DNA of 62,915 nucleotides, filler included. It is 3 parts of 3 records of this genome, joined end to end, with 100 filler letters (N's around TTAATTAATTAA, not from the genome) between each part and the next. Parts side by side here need not be neighbours in the genome. Positions count along the whole stretch, not along the records: positions 1 to 25,949 come from SRR31156797_1583; 2 more parts are not named here. The stretch is one strand, 5' to 3'. Shown here in pieces: positions 1 through 10,362 of the stretch. A program made the position numbers and the translations under genes. Every line of letters begins with the position of its first letter. Within the stretch, counting starts at the first letter, position 1. The notes under the pieces are model-generated. The model was not told the DNA's origin and did no database searches. It was given only the letters and a program-made list of their open reading frames with translations.

Positions 1-221
1 CATTATGTTCAGCAAAAGTTTGAAGGTAATATCTATTTAGCAACCGCTGTGCCAAAAACCTAAGAAGCACCAATTCTAAATATAACCAACTGACAACATT
101 AAACTAAACCACACAACAAAGCAGACCCCATAAGTATCAAATCAGTTCAATATTTTTTACCATACAGGTAAGTAAGCCTGAAATAGGGGATCGGTGGTAA
201 AATATTTTTTACCGCTCAAGC

Positions 222-257
222 AAAAAAAAAGACCTGCCCTTTAAAAAGGACAGGTCT
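222..257 (-). terminator. Rho-independent terminator downstream of tsaC
   Basis: Inverted repeat agacctgccct...aggacaggtct (230-257) next to an A9 tract (a U tract on the minus strand), ~20 bp past the stop codon. Confidence 0.7.
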
Positions 258-279
258 ACAAAAATCTATTTCAAAAAAA

Positions 280-888
280 CTAGTCTACAATCACGAATCC
301 GGCACTGGTTAACTGGTCGCGCGTGACCACGCCGTCACGAAATACTTTAATTCTATTGTCTGCAAGCGGTTCTACTACAGTTGAAGGCGCTCCACCTTTC
401 GGACCGGGATCGGGATTATATACACCCTCCACCATAATGGTCAGCTCTTCATCCAACTCTTCAACAACACCGGTCCCGGGCTTACCACTCATATTCGCAC
501 TGGTGGCAATAAGCGGCGTGCGTGCTTTCAAACACAACTCTGCTGCGCGGGGATGGTCGGTCCAGCGCACGGAAGTATATCCTCGTGAATCCTTAACTGC
601 AGACGGCAGTTCCTCTCGGGCCTTAACCAGAATGGAAAGCGGCCCTGGCCAGAATTGTCTAGTCAGCTTAAGTAACTCGAAGGAGACAGATTCAGTGACA
701 AGATCGAGCTGATCAATACTGCCGATAATCAAAGGTAACGGCTTGGACACCGGACGTCCCTTGATACGGGCGACACGGTTCGCAGCCCTTTCGTCCATGG
801 CATCCGCACCAATGGCAAAAAGGGTCTCCGTGGGATAAACCAATACCCCTCCGGTCCTAATAATATTTACAGCTTCCTGCTCACTCAT
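280..888 (-). CDS. tsaC: L-threonylcarbamoyladenylate synthase (Sua5/YrdC/TsaC family)
   Basis: Motifs YPTETLF, IKGRP..KPL, FWPGPLS, ATSANMSG, PSTVV. Confidence 0.92.
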   Translation of the reverse strand: MSEQEAVNIIRTGGVLVYPTETLFAIGADAMDERAANRVARIKGRPVSKPLPLIIGSIDQLDLVTESVSFELLKLTRQFWPGPLSILVKAREELPSAVKDSRGYTSVRWTDHPRAAELCLKARTPLIATSANMSGKPGTGVVEELDEELTIMVEGVYNPDPGPKGGAPSTVVEPLADNRIKVFRDGVVTRDQLTSAGFVIVD

Positions 889-1090
889 ACCTGTTTTACT
901 CCAAAAAACGCATTAAGGCATACGGAGCGACTATTAATACCAACTTTATGCCTTATGTCCAGTATCTTTTAATGTGTCAGAATTATCATTATTAACAAAG
1001 TACACTAAGGACAGCAGAAGCAGCATGACTTTATCATCCGTTTGACATAAGAAAAGATGCTGTCAGTATATGAACAAATGGAGATGACAA

Positions 1091-2755
1091 ATGGTTGCTG
1101 CCACACACAATTCCGAAGCTGAAAAGGTTGAATCTTTCCTTTCTGCAATCAAAAAATCAGTTCCTCTCTGGGTCATGGGAACTGAAGAATTTTCTCACCA
1201 AAACGGCTTGATCAACGTTTTTCAACACCTTTCATCCGGCAATCCCTTATTTGCGGAAGTAAGCTCTAGGCTATCCCTGCTGGCATGGCAACAGAATCCT
1301 CTTGATCGTTCTGCAGCAGTGAAATGTATGGGCATAAACGATACTTCATGCCCCATTCCGCAGCTCAAATTATTACAAACCCTGATAAACACACCAGTAT
1401 CAGAAATCCCCCTTCAAGACCTCGACAATCTCCTTCAGGCCGGGGATCATGCCCTGATCATCCGTCATCTTTTCCCCCTGCTACGCGGACCGGACGGGAT
1501 GAGCTGGCTGACCCACTCATGGGACACCCTCCTACGCATGGGTAATGCGGAACTCCCGCGGACAGCGCTGGAACTGGTCAATTGGAATGACGATTTAATC
1601 CAACTGAAACAAAGACTTAAAGCGCAGTACAATTTTTTATACAGTTCAACAGAAGAGACTTTGCAGGACCTGAGTGGACTGGACCACGATATCTGGTCCC
1701 TTTGGCTGGATTATATGCGCAGCGAACTGCTGCTTCGAGCAGGACAAACCGAAGAAGGCACGGCAATACTGGCTAACCTATGGAAAAACAATATCTGGAA
1801 CCTGAACTGGGGCCAAAAACTGCACGGCCTGCTCAACCCAGTCAACACATCAAACGCCCTTGCCAAATCAGATGAAGTCGCAATCCTGCTTTACTCATGG
1901 AACAACGGACAGCTGATTGAGAATACTCTCAAAAATGTAGCGGCTTCAAATATCGGCAATGCACGGACATTCGCCTTGAACAACGGCTCTGACGACAACA
2001 CCGGACAGGTGGTCAATGAAGTACAATATCTTTTCCGCAAGGATTGCTACAAGCCGATACATCTGCAAGTTAATGTCGGTGCCCCGGCTGCGCGAAACTG
2101 GCTGCTGGCAGAACCGGAAGTGCGTAAGGCCAAATGGGCCGTATTTCTGGATGATGATGTGGAACTGGAAGCGAACTGGCTGGAAGAATTGCTGGCAACC
2201 GCACAAAGTTACGGCAATCCCGGAGCTGTAGGCTGCAGGATAACCTCTACCGGAATGCCGAGATCATTGCAGTCAGCGGACTACCATCTATTCCCCCCCG
2301 GAAACGGAACTTCACAAATAGAAGGACTGACCGAACGAATCATGGTCTTTGACAGCTGCCGCAACGGTTTTGATTATGGACAGTTTTCCTACACCCGTCC
2401 GGCAATGCACGTTTCGGGCTGCTGTCACATGCTGAACATGGAAGCAATCCACCAGTGCGGAGATTTTGATGTACGTTTCAACCCGACCCAGTTCGATGAT
2501 CTTGAGCGTGACCTGCGCGCAACACTGGGCGGCTTTGAACATGTTTATGCCGGCCAGTTGCGTATCGGCCACATCCAGCACTCAAGTCTTGCCAAGGCAA
2601 GTAACGTGCGATCCATGGCTCAAGTCTTCGGCAACAAGATTAAATTGGAAAGCAAATACAGCGAGCATGACCTGAACGTCCTCTTTGGAAAGGACCTGGC
2701 CATGCTCTGGCGGGATGCTGAACGCAAATGGGAAGAGCTGGCAGAAGCCCTTTAG
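1091..2755 (+). CDS. Family 2 glycosyltransferase with a helical (TPR-like) N-terminal region
   Basis: C-terminal GT-A motifs NNGSDD, NVGAPAARN, FLDDD, GDFDVRF. Confidence 0.8.
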   Translation: MVAATHNSEAEKVESFLSAIKKSVPLWVMGTEEFSHQNGLINVFQHLSSGNPLFAEVSSRLSLLAWQQNPLDRSAAVKCMGINDTSCPIPQLKLLQTLINTPVSEIPLQDLDNLLQAGDHALIIRHLFPLLRGPDGMSWLTHSWDTLLRMGNAELPRTALELVNWNDDLIQLKQRLKAQYNFLYSSTEETLQDLSGLDHDIWSLWLDYMRSELLLRAGQTEEGTAILANLWKNNIWNLNWGQKLHGLLNPVNTSNALAKSDEVAILLYSWNNGQLIENTLKNVAASNIGNARTFALNNGSDDNTGQVVNEVQYLFRKDCYKPIHLQVNVGAPAARNWLLAEPEVRKAKWAVFLDDDVELEANWLEELLATAQSYGNPGAVGCRITSTGMPRSLQSADYHLFPPGNGTSQIEGLTERIMVFDSCRNGFDYGQFSYTRPAMHVSGCCHMLNMEAIHQCGDFDVRFNPTQFDDLERDLRATLGGFEHVYAGQLRIGHIQHSSLAKASNVRSMAQVFGNKIKLESKYSEHDLNVLFGKDLAMLWRDAERKWEELAEAL

Positions 2756-2759
2756 CGAG

Positions 2760-3350
2760 CTACCTTGAAAGCCACTCTGCCGTTAACTTTTCCATCTCTT
2801 CGGGAGAAAAAGACGGATTATCGTACATACCCTTGGCAAATCGCTGGGAAAAACCGTGATAAAGAATCAGCGCAGCGGCAACGGAAACGTTGAAGCTCTG
2901 GATCATACCCTGCATGGGAATGTAAACCTCATCGGGTACCAATTCCGCAAGCTCCGGCGCAGTTCCGCTGTGCTCATTACTCAGGATCACAGCAGAAGGC
3001 TTACTGAAATCAAAGTCCATGAGAGGCTTTGCTGTTTCAGAAAAACCGGTTCTAACTACCTGATATCCCTGTTCGCGCAATCCACCGACCATCTTTACCG
3101 GATCAATATGTTTGGTGCGCTCAACCCATTTCTTACCGGAAGCGGAAGATTTTTTTGCAAGTTCAGGCCATTGTGATACAGTATAATACAAATGTATGCC
3201 GTAAATGCCGAAGGCGTCACAGCTCCTGAGGATGGCCGAAACATTGTGGGGGTCCCAGACATTATCAATAATAAGGGTAAAATCTTTCTGGCGTTTTGCC
3301 AGGACTTCCCTGACCCTTGCTTCTCTTTGAGGTGTTCTCTGTCTTTCCAT
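2760..3350 (-). CDS. trmH: TrmH/SpoU family RNA 2'-O-methyltransferase (probable start MERQR at 3350)
   Basis: SPOUT motifs DPHNVSAILRSCDAFG, NEHSG, IPMQGMIQSFNVSVAA. Confidence 0.85.
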   Translation of the reverse strand: MERQRTPQREARVREVLAKRQKDFTLIIDNVWDPHNVSAILRSCDAFGIYGIHLYYTVSQWPELAKKSSASGKKWVERTKHIDPVKMVGGLREQGYQVVRTGFSETAKPLMDFDFSKPSAVILSNEHSGTAPELAELVPDEVYIPMQGMIQSFNVSVAAALILYHGFSQRFAKGMYDNPSFSPEEMEKLTAEWLSR

Positions 3351-3508
3351 GGCGTACTGGGTACCCAACCTTTTGCAAGTTTGCAAGGGTTGGACCTGAA
3401 ACAGGTTACAGCGCAACAAAAAGCAGAATATTAACAACCACATTTGATTGATTTAAAAAAAATGATGTGTAATGATTTCAGAGGATATATATTTTCACGG
3501 AGGCCTTA

Positions 3509-3904
3509 ATGCGTGCGCTGATTGCAGAGGATGAATTTGTAGGACGAAAACTGCTCTCGACCTTTCTTGCCCCACTTTTCGTGATTGATGTCGCGGTAAA
3601 TGGTAAAGAGGCGGTTGAAGCATACAAACTGGCTTATGAAGAAGGTGATCCATACTGTTTAATACTTATGGACATTATGATGCCTGAGCAGGACGGACTT
3701 TCCGCTCTTGAGGATATAAGGACTTTTGAGAAAGAAAAAGGACTTGCCCAGCACTGCAAAGTCATAATGACCACAGCGCTGGACGACCCTAAAACAGTCA
3801 TCCGTTCATTCCACGATGCAGAAGCATCCGCTTTCATTGTAAAACCCGTGAACAGAGAAAAACTATACGAAGAGCTCGAAAAAATCGGGCTGATGAACAA
3901 ATAG
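3509..3904 (+). CDS. Single-domain response regulator (CheY-like)
   Basis: LIAEDE, LMDIMMP (phospho-Asp), TTA, FIVKP; GGAGG ribosome-binding site. Confidence 0.9.
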   Translation: MRALIAEDEFVGRKLLSTFLAPLFVIDVAVNGKEAVEAYKLAYEEGDPYCLILMDIMMPEQDGLSALEDIRTFEKEKGLAQHCKVIMTTALDDPKTVIRSFHDAEASAFIVKPVNREKLYEELEKIGLMNK

Positions 3905-3931
3905 AAATTTCCGGCTGATGGAGCACCACTA

Positions 3932-4669
3932 ATGAGTGAAGACGATTCTCTTATTGAAGAATTCTTTTCCGAAGTAAATGACAAGTACTACCCGCAGGTA
4001 CTTGAAGGAATCGACCTCCTTGATGAGCAACGCATTGAGGAAGGCATCGAGGTGCTATCACGTCCACTGCACACCATCAAAGGTGTTACAGGATTCATGT
4101 CCGGTTTCGAACCGGCTTCCACCTTTACTCACAAAGTTGAAGATTACCTGAAGAAAATGCAGGCTGGAGAAGTTGAACATGATCTTATGCAGATTGCTCT
4201 CGCCATTGAATCCGTAAATACAATCTTCATGATTATCGAACAGCTGCGTGAATCAGGCAGCTTTGACCAAGCCCTCACCGATGACATTGAATCTCGACTC
4301 TCCGGAGAGGGAGAAACAACCGGGGCTGCAGACGAATCAGGTATCAATCCCCTTGAAATAGAGCCGCTTCCCGATGCACAGATCTTCAACCTCAAAGTCA
4401 ATAGAATATACAGCTCCGAACAATTAAAAATGGTGGAAGAAAGTCTGCAATCAATAAACGGCGAAAACAAGGTCCTTTTCGATTTCGGAATCACTATGTC
4501 CGTAGGCTCAGCCTTTTTTGAGTTGATTGCCGCATATTCCGAGAATTGCGATATAGGCATTACCGGCATGAACAGCCATTGCACTAGTACTTTTTATTCT
4601 TGGGGCTTCCAGCGCTACCTGACGGTATTTGACAGCAGGGAAAGCTTTCTGAACAACACTGGAGTTTGA
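3932..4669 (+). CDS. Hpt (CheA P1-like) domain protein with a STAS-like C-terminal domain
   Basis: RPLHTIKGVTGF..THKVED Hpt signature; C-terminal LFDFG..SVGSAFF...FDSRE resembles STAS. Confidence 0.75.
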   Translation: MSEDDSLIEEFFSEVNDKYYPQVLEGIDLLDEQRIEEGIEVLSRPLHTIKGVTGFMSGFEPASTFTHKVEDYLKKMQAGEVEHDLMQIALAIESVNTIFMIIEQLRESGSFDQALTDDIESRLSGEGETTGAADESGINPLEIEPLPDAQIFNLKVNRIYSSEQLKMVEESLQSINGENKVLFDFGITMSVGSAFFELIAAYSENCDIGITGMNSHCTSTFYSWGFQRYLTVFDSRESFLNNTGV

Positions 4670-4674
4670 GGAAA

Positions 4675-6450
4675 ATGAAGGATAGTATTTCCAGTTGCAT
4701 AAGCCAGCTTCAAGAATCAATCATCAACCTTGAACACGGCTCAGGTGATATCAATGATGTCCTGCAAGCTCTGGGACTTGATAATGCCCAGATGCGGTCG
4801 GCCCAGATAATCGCCCTTATGGACATGTTGAGTGACGGCATAACTCCTATAACCTCGGATCTGATCACATCCCTGCTTGATATTGCTGAAGCCCAGAAAA
4901 AATTTTTCTATTGCATCGGAGGACTGCTTGACCAAGGCGGCGCCCCGGTTGAGTCAAAAAAAGAAGCAGAACCTGCATGCGATTCTAAGTCCCAAGAAGC
5001 ACTTGCAAGCGCACCAGATAAATATGAGCAGGAAATGATGGCTGAGATGCTGGCCATGACTGGAGAGACTCCCGCCGAGGACGAAGGCTGGGAGAAAATT
5101 GGCACCCAGAATGAATCTCCGCCGATTGAAACAGAAGAAAAACAGCAACAGACAGCAGGACAAGGAAAAAAGACTGAATCCGAACCTGTTGCAGCAGCCG
5201 CAAAACAGATTCCAGACAAAGAGCAAAACACCAAGGTCCAACCAGCTCCTGCGAAAAAAAAAGATGCGCAGGCGATATCATCTATCCGAGTTTCCACCCA
5301 GCAATTGGATTCACTGATTGAGCTGGTAGGAAAACTGATGGTTACCTACGCAGTAATCGCCCAGACCAAGACGGACAATATTTCTAAAATATCATCCAGT
5401 CTTTCCGAGCTGGATAAAGTAATCCGCAATCTGCAATCAGAAGTGGATGAAATCAGGCTGGTTCCTCTGAAACAAATTTTCATGCCCATGCACAGGCTGG
5501 TCAAATCCACTTCCCAGAAACTTGATAAACGCATCAAATTCACCATCGCCGGAGAGGAACTGGCTCTGGATAAAACTATTGTGGAATGCCTTAATGAACC
5601 GCTGGTCCACCTGCTGCGTAACGCCCTTGATCATGGCATTGAATCCACCGAAGACCGCCAAATGTGCGGCAAAGACGAAATGGGCAATGTCAGCCTGAGC
5701 GCTTTCCGCAAAGGCGAATTCGCTTACATTGAAATTACCGATGACGGTAAGGGGCTTGACGCCGATGTGTTGCTCAGCAAAGCCCTTGAACGTGGTCTTG
5801 CCGATCCAGACAGGGAATATGCCAAGGAAGAAATTTACGAATTCATCCTCCAATCCGGTTTCTCCACCGCCAGTGCTGTCACTGATATTTCCGGACGCGG
5901 GGTAGGCATGGACGCGGTGGTAAGCGCTATTCAAAACACCTTGGACGGCAAGGTATCCATCACCAGCGAACTTGGCAAAGGTTCCACCTTCACCATCGCC
6001 ATCCCCCTAAGCCGCTCGGTGAATGAAGGAATTGTGGATGCCCTTGTAACAACAGTAGGCCCGGAAACATTCATCTTTCCCAGCCGGGAAGTACTTGAAG
6101 TGTACGAACCTGTAGAAAAAGAATTCACCGACCTTCCTGATGGCCGTGAAACTGTTTCCGTACGAGGCAAAGTTCACCCCCTGATCCGCATGTTCAAGGT
6201 TTTTGACCTCCCGGCCCCATCCGAAGAAGTCATCCCCAAGGTAATCTTGGTCAAAATGGGAGACACTGTGGCCGCAATCATGGTGGATGAGGTCCTGCGC
6301 CAGCAAAAGGCCGTGGTTACTGGATTCACCCTGCCTGTAAATTCCATTTACAAACTGCCCATTCTCGGCTTCGGCATGATGGGCGAACACGATGCCCTTG
6401 TGGTGGATACGGAAACCCTGATTGCTTCACACATGGACAGCCCGGATTAA
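4675..6450 (+). CDS. cheA: CheA-type histidine kinase with a degenerate P1 domain
   Basis: SIRVST..LDSL (dimerisation), HLLRNALDHG, DDGKG, GFSTA..DISGRGVGMD and a C-terminal CheW domain; no HTxKG motif at the N-terminus. Confidence 0.88.
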   Translation: MKDSISSCISQLQESIINLEHGSGDINDVLQALGLDNAQMRSAQIIALMDMLSDGITPITSDLITSLLDIAEAQKKFFYCIGGLLDQGGAPVESKKEAEPACDSKSQEALASAPDKYEQEMMAEMLAMTGETPAEDEGWEKIGTQNESPPIETEEKQQQTAGQGKKTESEPVAAAAKQIPDKEQNTKVQPAPAKKKDAQAISSIRVSTQQLDSLIELVGKLMVTYAVIAQTKTDNISKISSSLSELDKVIRNLQSEVDEIRLVPLKQIFMPMHRLVKSTSQKLDKRIKFTIAGEELALDKTIVECLNEPLVHLLRNALDHGIESTEDRQMCGKDEMGNVSLSAFRKGEFAYIEITDDGKGLDADVLLSKALERGLADPDREYAKEEIYEFILQSGFSTASAVTDISGRGVGMDAVVSAIQNTLDGKVSITSELGKGSTFTIAIPLSRSVNEGIVDALVTTVGPETFIFPSREVLEVYEPVEKEFTDLPDGRETVSVRGKVHPLIRMFKVFDLPAPSEEVIPKVILVKMGDTVAAIMVDEVLRQQKAVVTGFTLPVNSIYKLPILGFGMMGEHDALVVDTETLIASHMDSPD

Positions 6451-6475
6451 CAGCAATCCACTGACTACAATTTTC

Positions 6476-6510
6476 AAAGCCCACAGGAAAAACTTTTCTC
6501 TGTGGGTTTT
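6476..6510 (+). terminator. Probable terminator hairpin after cheA
   Basis: aaagcccacag...ctgtgggtttt inverted repeat ending in Ts. Confidence 0.5.
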
Positions 6511-6567
6511 GTCTGCTATGCATGCGAGTTCACGAGAAAGACCACCAACAGCGCAGGAAATTACCCG

Positions 6568-7365
6568 ATGAAAAAAGCCATCCTTTTTGCAGCACACGGA
6601 TCAAAAAACAGGGCCGCCAGTTCGGCTCTGGGCAATATTTTGAAGATGGCTAAAGAGGCCCACCCGGATATCCCGGTTTACAGCGCTTTTACCTCCGGTC
6701 ATGTGCTCAAAAAACTTCGTGAACGGGGCCAGAAGCTGCCCACAGTAAAACAGAATCTGGAAAATCTTGCAGAAGAAGGATTCACCCATGTGGTGGTCCA
6801 GTCGCTGCACGTTATTCCCGGCACGGAATTCACCAACATCAGCAGGCTGCTGGACAGGGTCAAAGAAGGTGAAATTGAATTTGAAAAAGCAGTACTCGGC
6901 GAGCCACTGCTTACCAATGACCAAGAAATAGATGAAATTTCCGACATCATCCTCAATCTGCTGAAAGAACGTGATCAGCAAAATGAAGCTCTGATCCTCG
7001 TGGCCCACGGTTCCAAATACTCCGACAGCGGCAACTCCTTGTACGACAGATTCAAGGAAGTACTGGAAGCCAAAGATAAAAACGCCTACCTCGGCAAACT
7101 TAATTCCGAAGGGGGCATTGAGGAAATCAGCGAACGCATCAAGGAATCTGGAGTAAAAAAAGCCTACCTGTTACCCCTGCTCTTCGGAGCTGGGAACCAT
7201 GTAAAGAAAGATATGGCCGGAGAGCATGAAGGTTCATGGAAGAATGTGGTAGCCTCACGTGGAATTGAACCGATTCCCGTTGTGCAGGGCGTCGGGGAAT
7301 TTGATATTTTCGCCCAACGCTGGATGGACAAACTGGAAAAGGCCATCGGACAACTGGAAAAATAA
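6568..7365 (+). CDS. cbiK: Sirohydrochlorin cobaltochelatase (CbiK family, cytoplasmic type)
   Basis: AAHGS, AFTS, VQSLHVIPGTEF, VAHG, GNHVKKDMAG; no signal peptide from the ATG at 6568. Confidence 0.82.
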   Translation: MKKAILFAAHGSKNRAASSALGNILKMAKEAHPDIPVYSAFTSGHVLKKLRERGQKLPTVKQNLENLAEEGFTHVVVQSLHVIPGTEFTNISRLLDRVKEGEIEFEKAVLGEPLLTNDQEIDEISDIILNLLKERDQQNEALILVAHGSKYSDSGNSLYDRFKEVLEAKDKNAYLGKLNSEGGIEEISERIKESGVKKAYLLPLLFGAGNHVKKDMAGEHEGSWKNVVASRGIEPIPVVQGVGEFDIFAQRWMDKLEKAIGQLEK

Positions 7366-7455
7366 TTAGCTCATTAAAAAATTTGCTGCTTGATTGTCCC
7401 CCGCACCGCATATACATTATGTTGGTGCGGTTAATTTTTTAAAGACTGAAAAACA

Positions 7456-9027
7456 ATGGATAAAAAACTCACAGTGCGTAGCCATGACGGGAAAATCATG
7501 GAGCTTGCACCCGCAGCAGGGCTGAACATGGCCCAAACCCTTTTCCTGAACGGAGCATTTCAGGGAGTCCCCCTCTGTTCCGGTATGGGACGTTGCGGCC
7601 TGTGCAAAGTGCGTTTTGAATCCGAGCCGCCTGATCCACGCAAGGAAGAGCTACAAAAACTTTCTACCACAGAAATAGAATCAGGCTGGCGTCTTTCCTG
7701 TCTGCACCCGGCAACCGCTGCTGAAATTTTCCTGCCCGAACCTGAACGGGTAGTCCCACGTGTCTCAGACAGATTTGCCCACGAGCTTCCCCCTCTATTC
7801 GCAGAAAGACTTGCGCTAGCCGTAGACCTCGGCACCACCGGGATGCATTGGGCTTTCATCCTTAATGGTGAAACCGTAAAATCCGGGCAAGAGCTGAACC
7901 CTCAGATTGGACTGGGCAGCGAAGTCATGTCCCGACTGGCCTTTGCTGCAAAACCAGAGCAACGCAGAATCCTTTCTGAACTGGTAACAAAACGGCTGAA
8001 GGCAATCATTGCTGAAACAGGCCCGATTAATGAACTGGTGGTTTCCGGCAACCCGTCCATGACCTCCATTCTTGCACAGGACGATATAGAAAGTTTGAGC
8101 CGCGCGCCTTACTACCTGCCGGACAAGGGCGGCAAACTAGTAAAGCTTGACGCAAAGCTCCCCGACGCGTACATCCCGCCACATCTGGCTCCGTTTGTTG
8201 GAGCGGATATAACCTCCGGGATCGTGGCCCTGAATTTTTCCGAAGCAAAAGCGCAGCCGCCATATCTCTTCGCCGATCTCGGTACCAACGGTGAATTCGT
8301 TCTCTGCCTTTCCGAGGATGAATATCTCGTCTGCTCCGTGCCCATGGGGCCTGCCCTTGAGGGAGTAGGGATGAGCAACGGACGCACAGCCGGACCGGGA
8401 GCAGTGTCCGCTTTCACCATGACCCCGTTGGGACTCACGCCAGCGGTCATCAAAGCGGATAAACCGGAACAGGAACAAAAGCCGGGTATCACCGGAACAG
8501 GCTACCTATCACTCTGTTCCCTGCTGCTCAAATCAGGTGTGCTGACCCGCGAAGGACAATTCGGTACGGGCAACACTCCCTTTGCCGCAAAACTGGCCGG
8601 CAAACTGACAGAAATAAACGGGACTCCGGTCCTTGATCTGGGATACGAGGGGTTGACCCTTCCGGCCCCGGATGTGGAAGAAATTTTAAAAGTAAAAGCA
8701 GCCTTCAACCTCGCCATGTCCGCCCTGCTGAACCAAGCCGGACTGGCACCTTCCGATCTTAAAGAACTGATTCTCGGCGGGGCCATGGGCCAGCATGTAA
8801 ATATAAATGATCTGGTGGCAACCGGATTCATCCCTGCGGAAAGCGCTGCAATCACCCGCGCCGCAGGCAACACATCCCTTAAGGGATCGATAATTTTAAC
8901 TCATAATCAAGAAGCAAGGAATTTATCCGCCAGCCTGCCCGCACGTTCCAAAGTACTGGAACTGGCCGGAAGCAGCGATTTCGGGCAAAAATACCTTGAT
9001 AGGATGATTTTCAAATATGTCTATTAA
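7456..9027 (+). CDS. ASKHA-domain reductive activator (RACo/DUF4445 type) with an N-terminal 2Fe-2S domain
   Basis: CSGMGRCGLC...RLSC ferredoxin motif; DLGTT, NPQ..GSEVMSR, FVGADI, DLGTNGE, GPALEG. Confidence 0.85.
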   Translation: MDKKLTVRSHDGKIMELAPAAGLNMAQTLFLNGAFQGVPLCSGMGRCGLCKVRFESEPPDPRKEELQKLSTTEIESGWRLSCLHPATAAEIFLPEPERVVPRVSDRFAHELPPLFAERLALAVDLGTTGMHWAFILNGETVKSGQELNPQIGLGSEVMSRLAFAAKPEQRRILSELVTKRLKAIIAETGPINELVVSGNPSMTSILAQDDIESLSRAPYYLPDKGGKLVKLDAKLPDAYIPPHLAPFVGADITSGIVALNFSEAKAQPPYLFADLGTNGEFVLCLSEDEYLVCSVPMGPALEGVGMSNGRTAGPGAVSAFTMTPLGLTPAVIKADKPEQEQKPGITGTGYLSLCSLLLKSGVLTREGQFGTGNTPFAAKLAGKLTEINGTPVLDLGYEGLTLPAPDVEEILKVKAAFNLAMSALLNQAGLAPSDLKELILGGAMGQHVNINDLVATGFIPAESAAITRAAGNTSLKGSIILTHNQEARNLSASLPARSKVLELAGSSDFGQKYLDRMIFKYVY

Positions 9028-10252
9028 AGTAAGTTCACTTTTTCCCCTGCCGACCAAGGACATATCCAAGGAATTGGATAACTATATTAAAATTCTGCAA
9101 AAAACAGTTCCTCTCAAGAGCAAACACAGCAAGGAACTGAAATATGCTATCCGTGACCTTTCCCGCGACCTGACCGGAGAACGCTCCAACCTGTCCAACG
9201 ACTACATGGGTGATCCGCGTAGCCTGAACGCTTACCTGCGTTACTTCCTGCCTTGGAACCTGTATCGCTTGGCACGTTTGTTTCAGGGACTGGATATCAA
9301 GCTGCCCGATAACGGCGTGGTCGTAGACCTCGGAGCCGGCCCGCTAACCGTAGCTCAGGCCCTGTGGATCGCAAGGCCGGACCTGCGCGAAAAGAAACTG
9401 ACCTTCATCAACGTTGACCGTACTCCCAAACCTATGCGCGAGGGCAGCAGGCTCTTCGAAGCAATGGCCGGGGAAAATTCCCCATGGCGCATGGTCAACG
9501 TCAAGGGCGGTTCCACCTCCAAAATACGCGAAAAAGCACACCTGCTGGTGACTGCTAACATGGTTAACGAAGTTTCCGCAGGCACCCGTATTCCGCTTCC
9601 GGTCTGGGCAGAAAAATTCTGTTTGTCCATGGTCCACAAGCTGGCACCGGAAGGCCGCATACTGATTATCGAACCGGGCATCCGACGTTCCGGACGAGTT
9701 CTTTCCGTGCTCCGTCAGGAATTTGTAGAAGCAGGTTTCCCCATTCTCGGCCCCTGTACCCACACAGAAGAATGTCCCATGAATGGCGAACAGGGCAAGG
9801 CATGGTGTCATTTCAATTATGATTCCGAGCACGCCCCGGCATGGCTGCAAAAACTTTCAGCCCAATGCCGTCTTGAAAAAGACAATGTCAGCCTGAGTTT
9901 CCTCTATGTAGGTCTGCGAAAGGAAGAAGTAGAAACTCCGCGCGAAGGTGAAATGCTTATCCGTGCAATTTCCGAATCCTTCAGACTCGATGAAGGTGGC
10001 TTCGGCCAATACGGTTGTGCAGCACAAGGACAGATTCTGCTTTCTGCGCAAGGCGGAGCAAAAACCTTGTACCCCGGTGGACTTATCGGTATGCCCATTC
10101 CTGAAGAAGATAAACGGGACGAAAAATCAGGCGCACTGATCGTGCCCCTGCCCATGCGTGAGAGCGACAGGCGCAAGCGCGAGGAAAAAGCTAAACAGTC
10201 TAACACGACTCAGCAAAAAAGAGATTCTCGTCCTTATAAAGGCAACAAGTAA
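9017..10252 (+). CDS. Rsm22/METTL17-family SAM-dependent methyltransferase
   Basis: AYLRYF, DLGAGP, IIEPG, PCTH..CP...CHF. Confidence 0.8.
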   Translation: MSIKVSSLFPLPTKDISKELDNYIKILQKTVPLKSKHSKELKYAIRDLSRDLTGERSNLSNDYMGDPRSLNAYLRYFLPWNLYRLARLFQGLDIKLPDNGVVVDLGAGPLTVAQALWIARPDLREKKLTFINVDRTPKPMREGSRLFEAMAGENSPWRMVNVKGGSTSKIREKAHLLVTANMVNEVSAGTRIPLPVWAEKFCLSMVHKLAPEGRILIIEPGIRRSGRVLSVLRQEFVEAGFPILGPCTHTEECPMNGEQGKAWCHFNYDSEHAPAWLQKLSAQCRLEKDNVSLSFLYVGLRKEEVETPREGEMLIRAISESFRLDEGGFGQYGCAAQGQILLSAQGGAKTLYPGGLIGMPIPEEDKRDEKSGALIVPLPMRESDRRKREEKAKQSNTTQQKRDSRPYKGNK

Positions 10253-10255
10253 GTA

Positions 10256-10330
10256 TGCCTCCGGCGGCCAGAGAACCCTTTTGAAAAAGGGTTCTCTGAA
10301 CTCTCCTAAAATTTTTAATAGGGCTTCGCC
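10256..10330. repeat. Intergenic REP-like palindromic element
   Basis: GCCTCCGGCGGC leader, perfect 14-bp inverted repeat cagagaaccctttt/aaaagggttctctg (10269-10298) and a GCTTCGC tail; resembles dispersed repeats recalled from Desulfovibrionaceae (not searched). Confidence 0.55.
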
Positions 10331-10362
10331 GCTGTTAACGCAGAATTCATTAATATAAGAAT

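Noticed and set aside
6451-6567. Possible cobalamin riboswitch upstream of cbiK
   Set aside because: The region is short, holds only a terminator-like hairpin, and shows no B12-box motifs.
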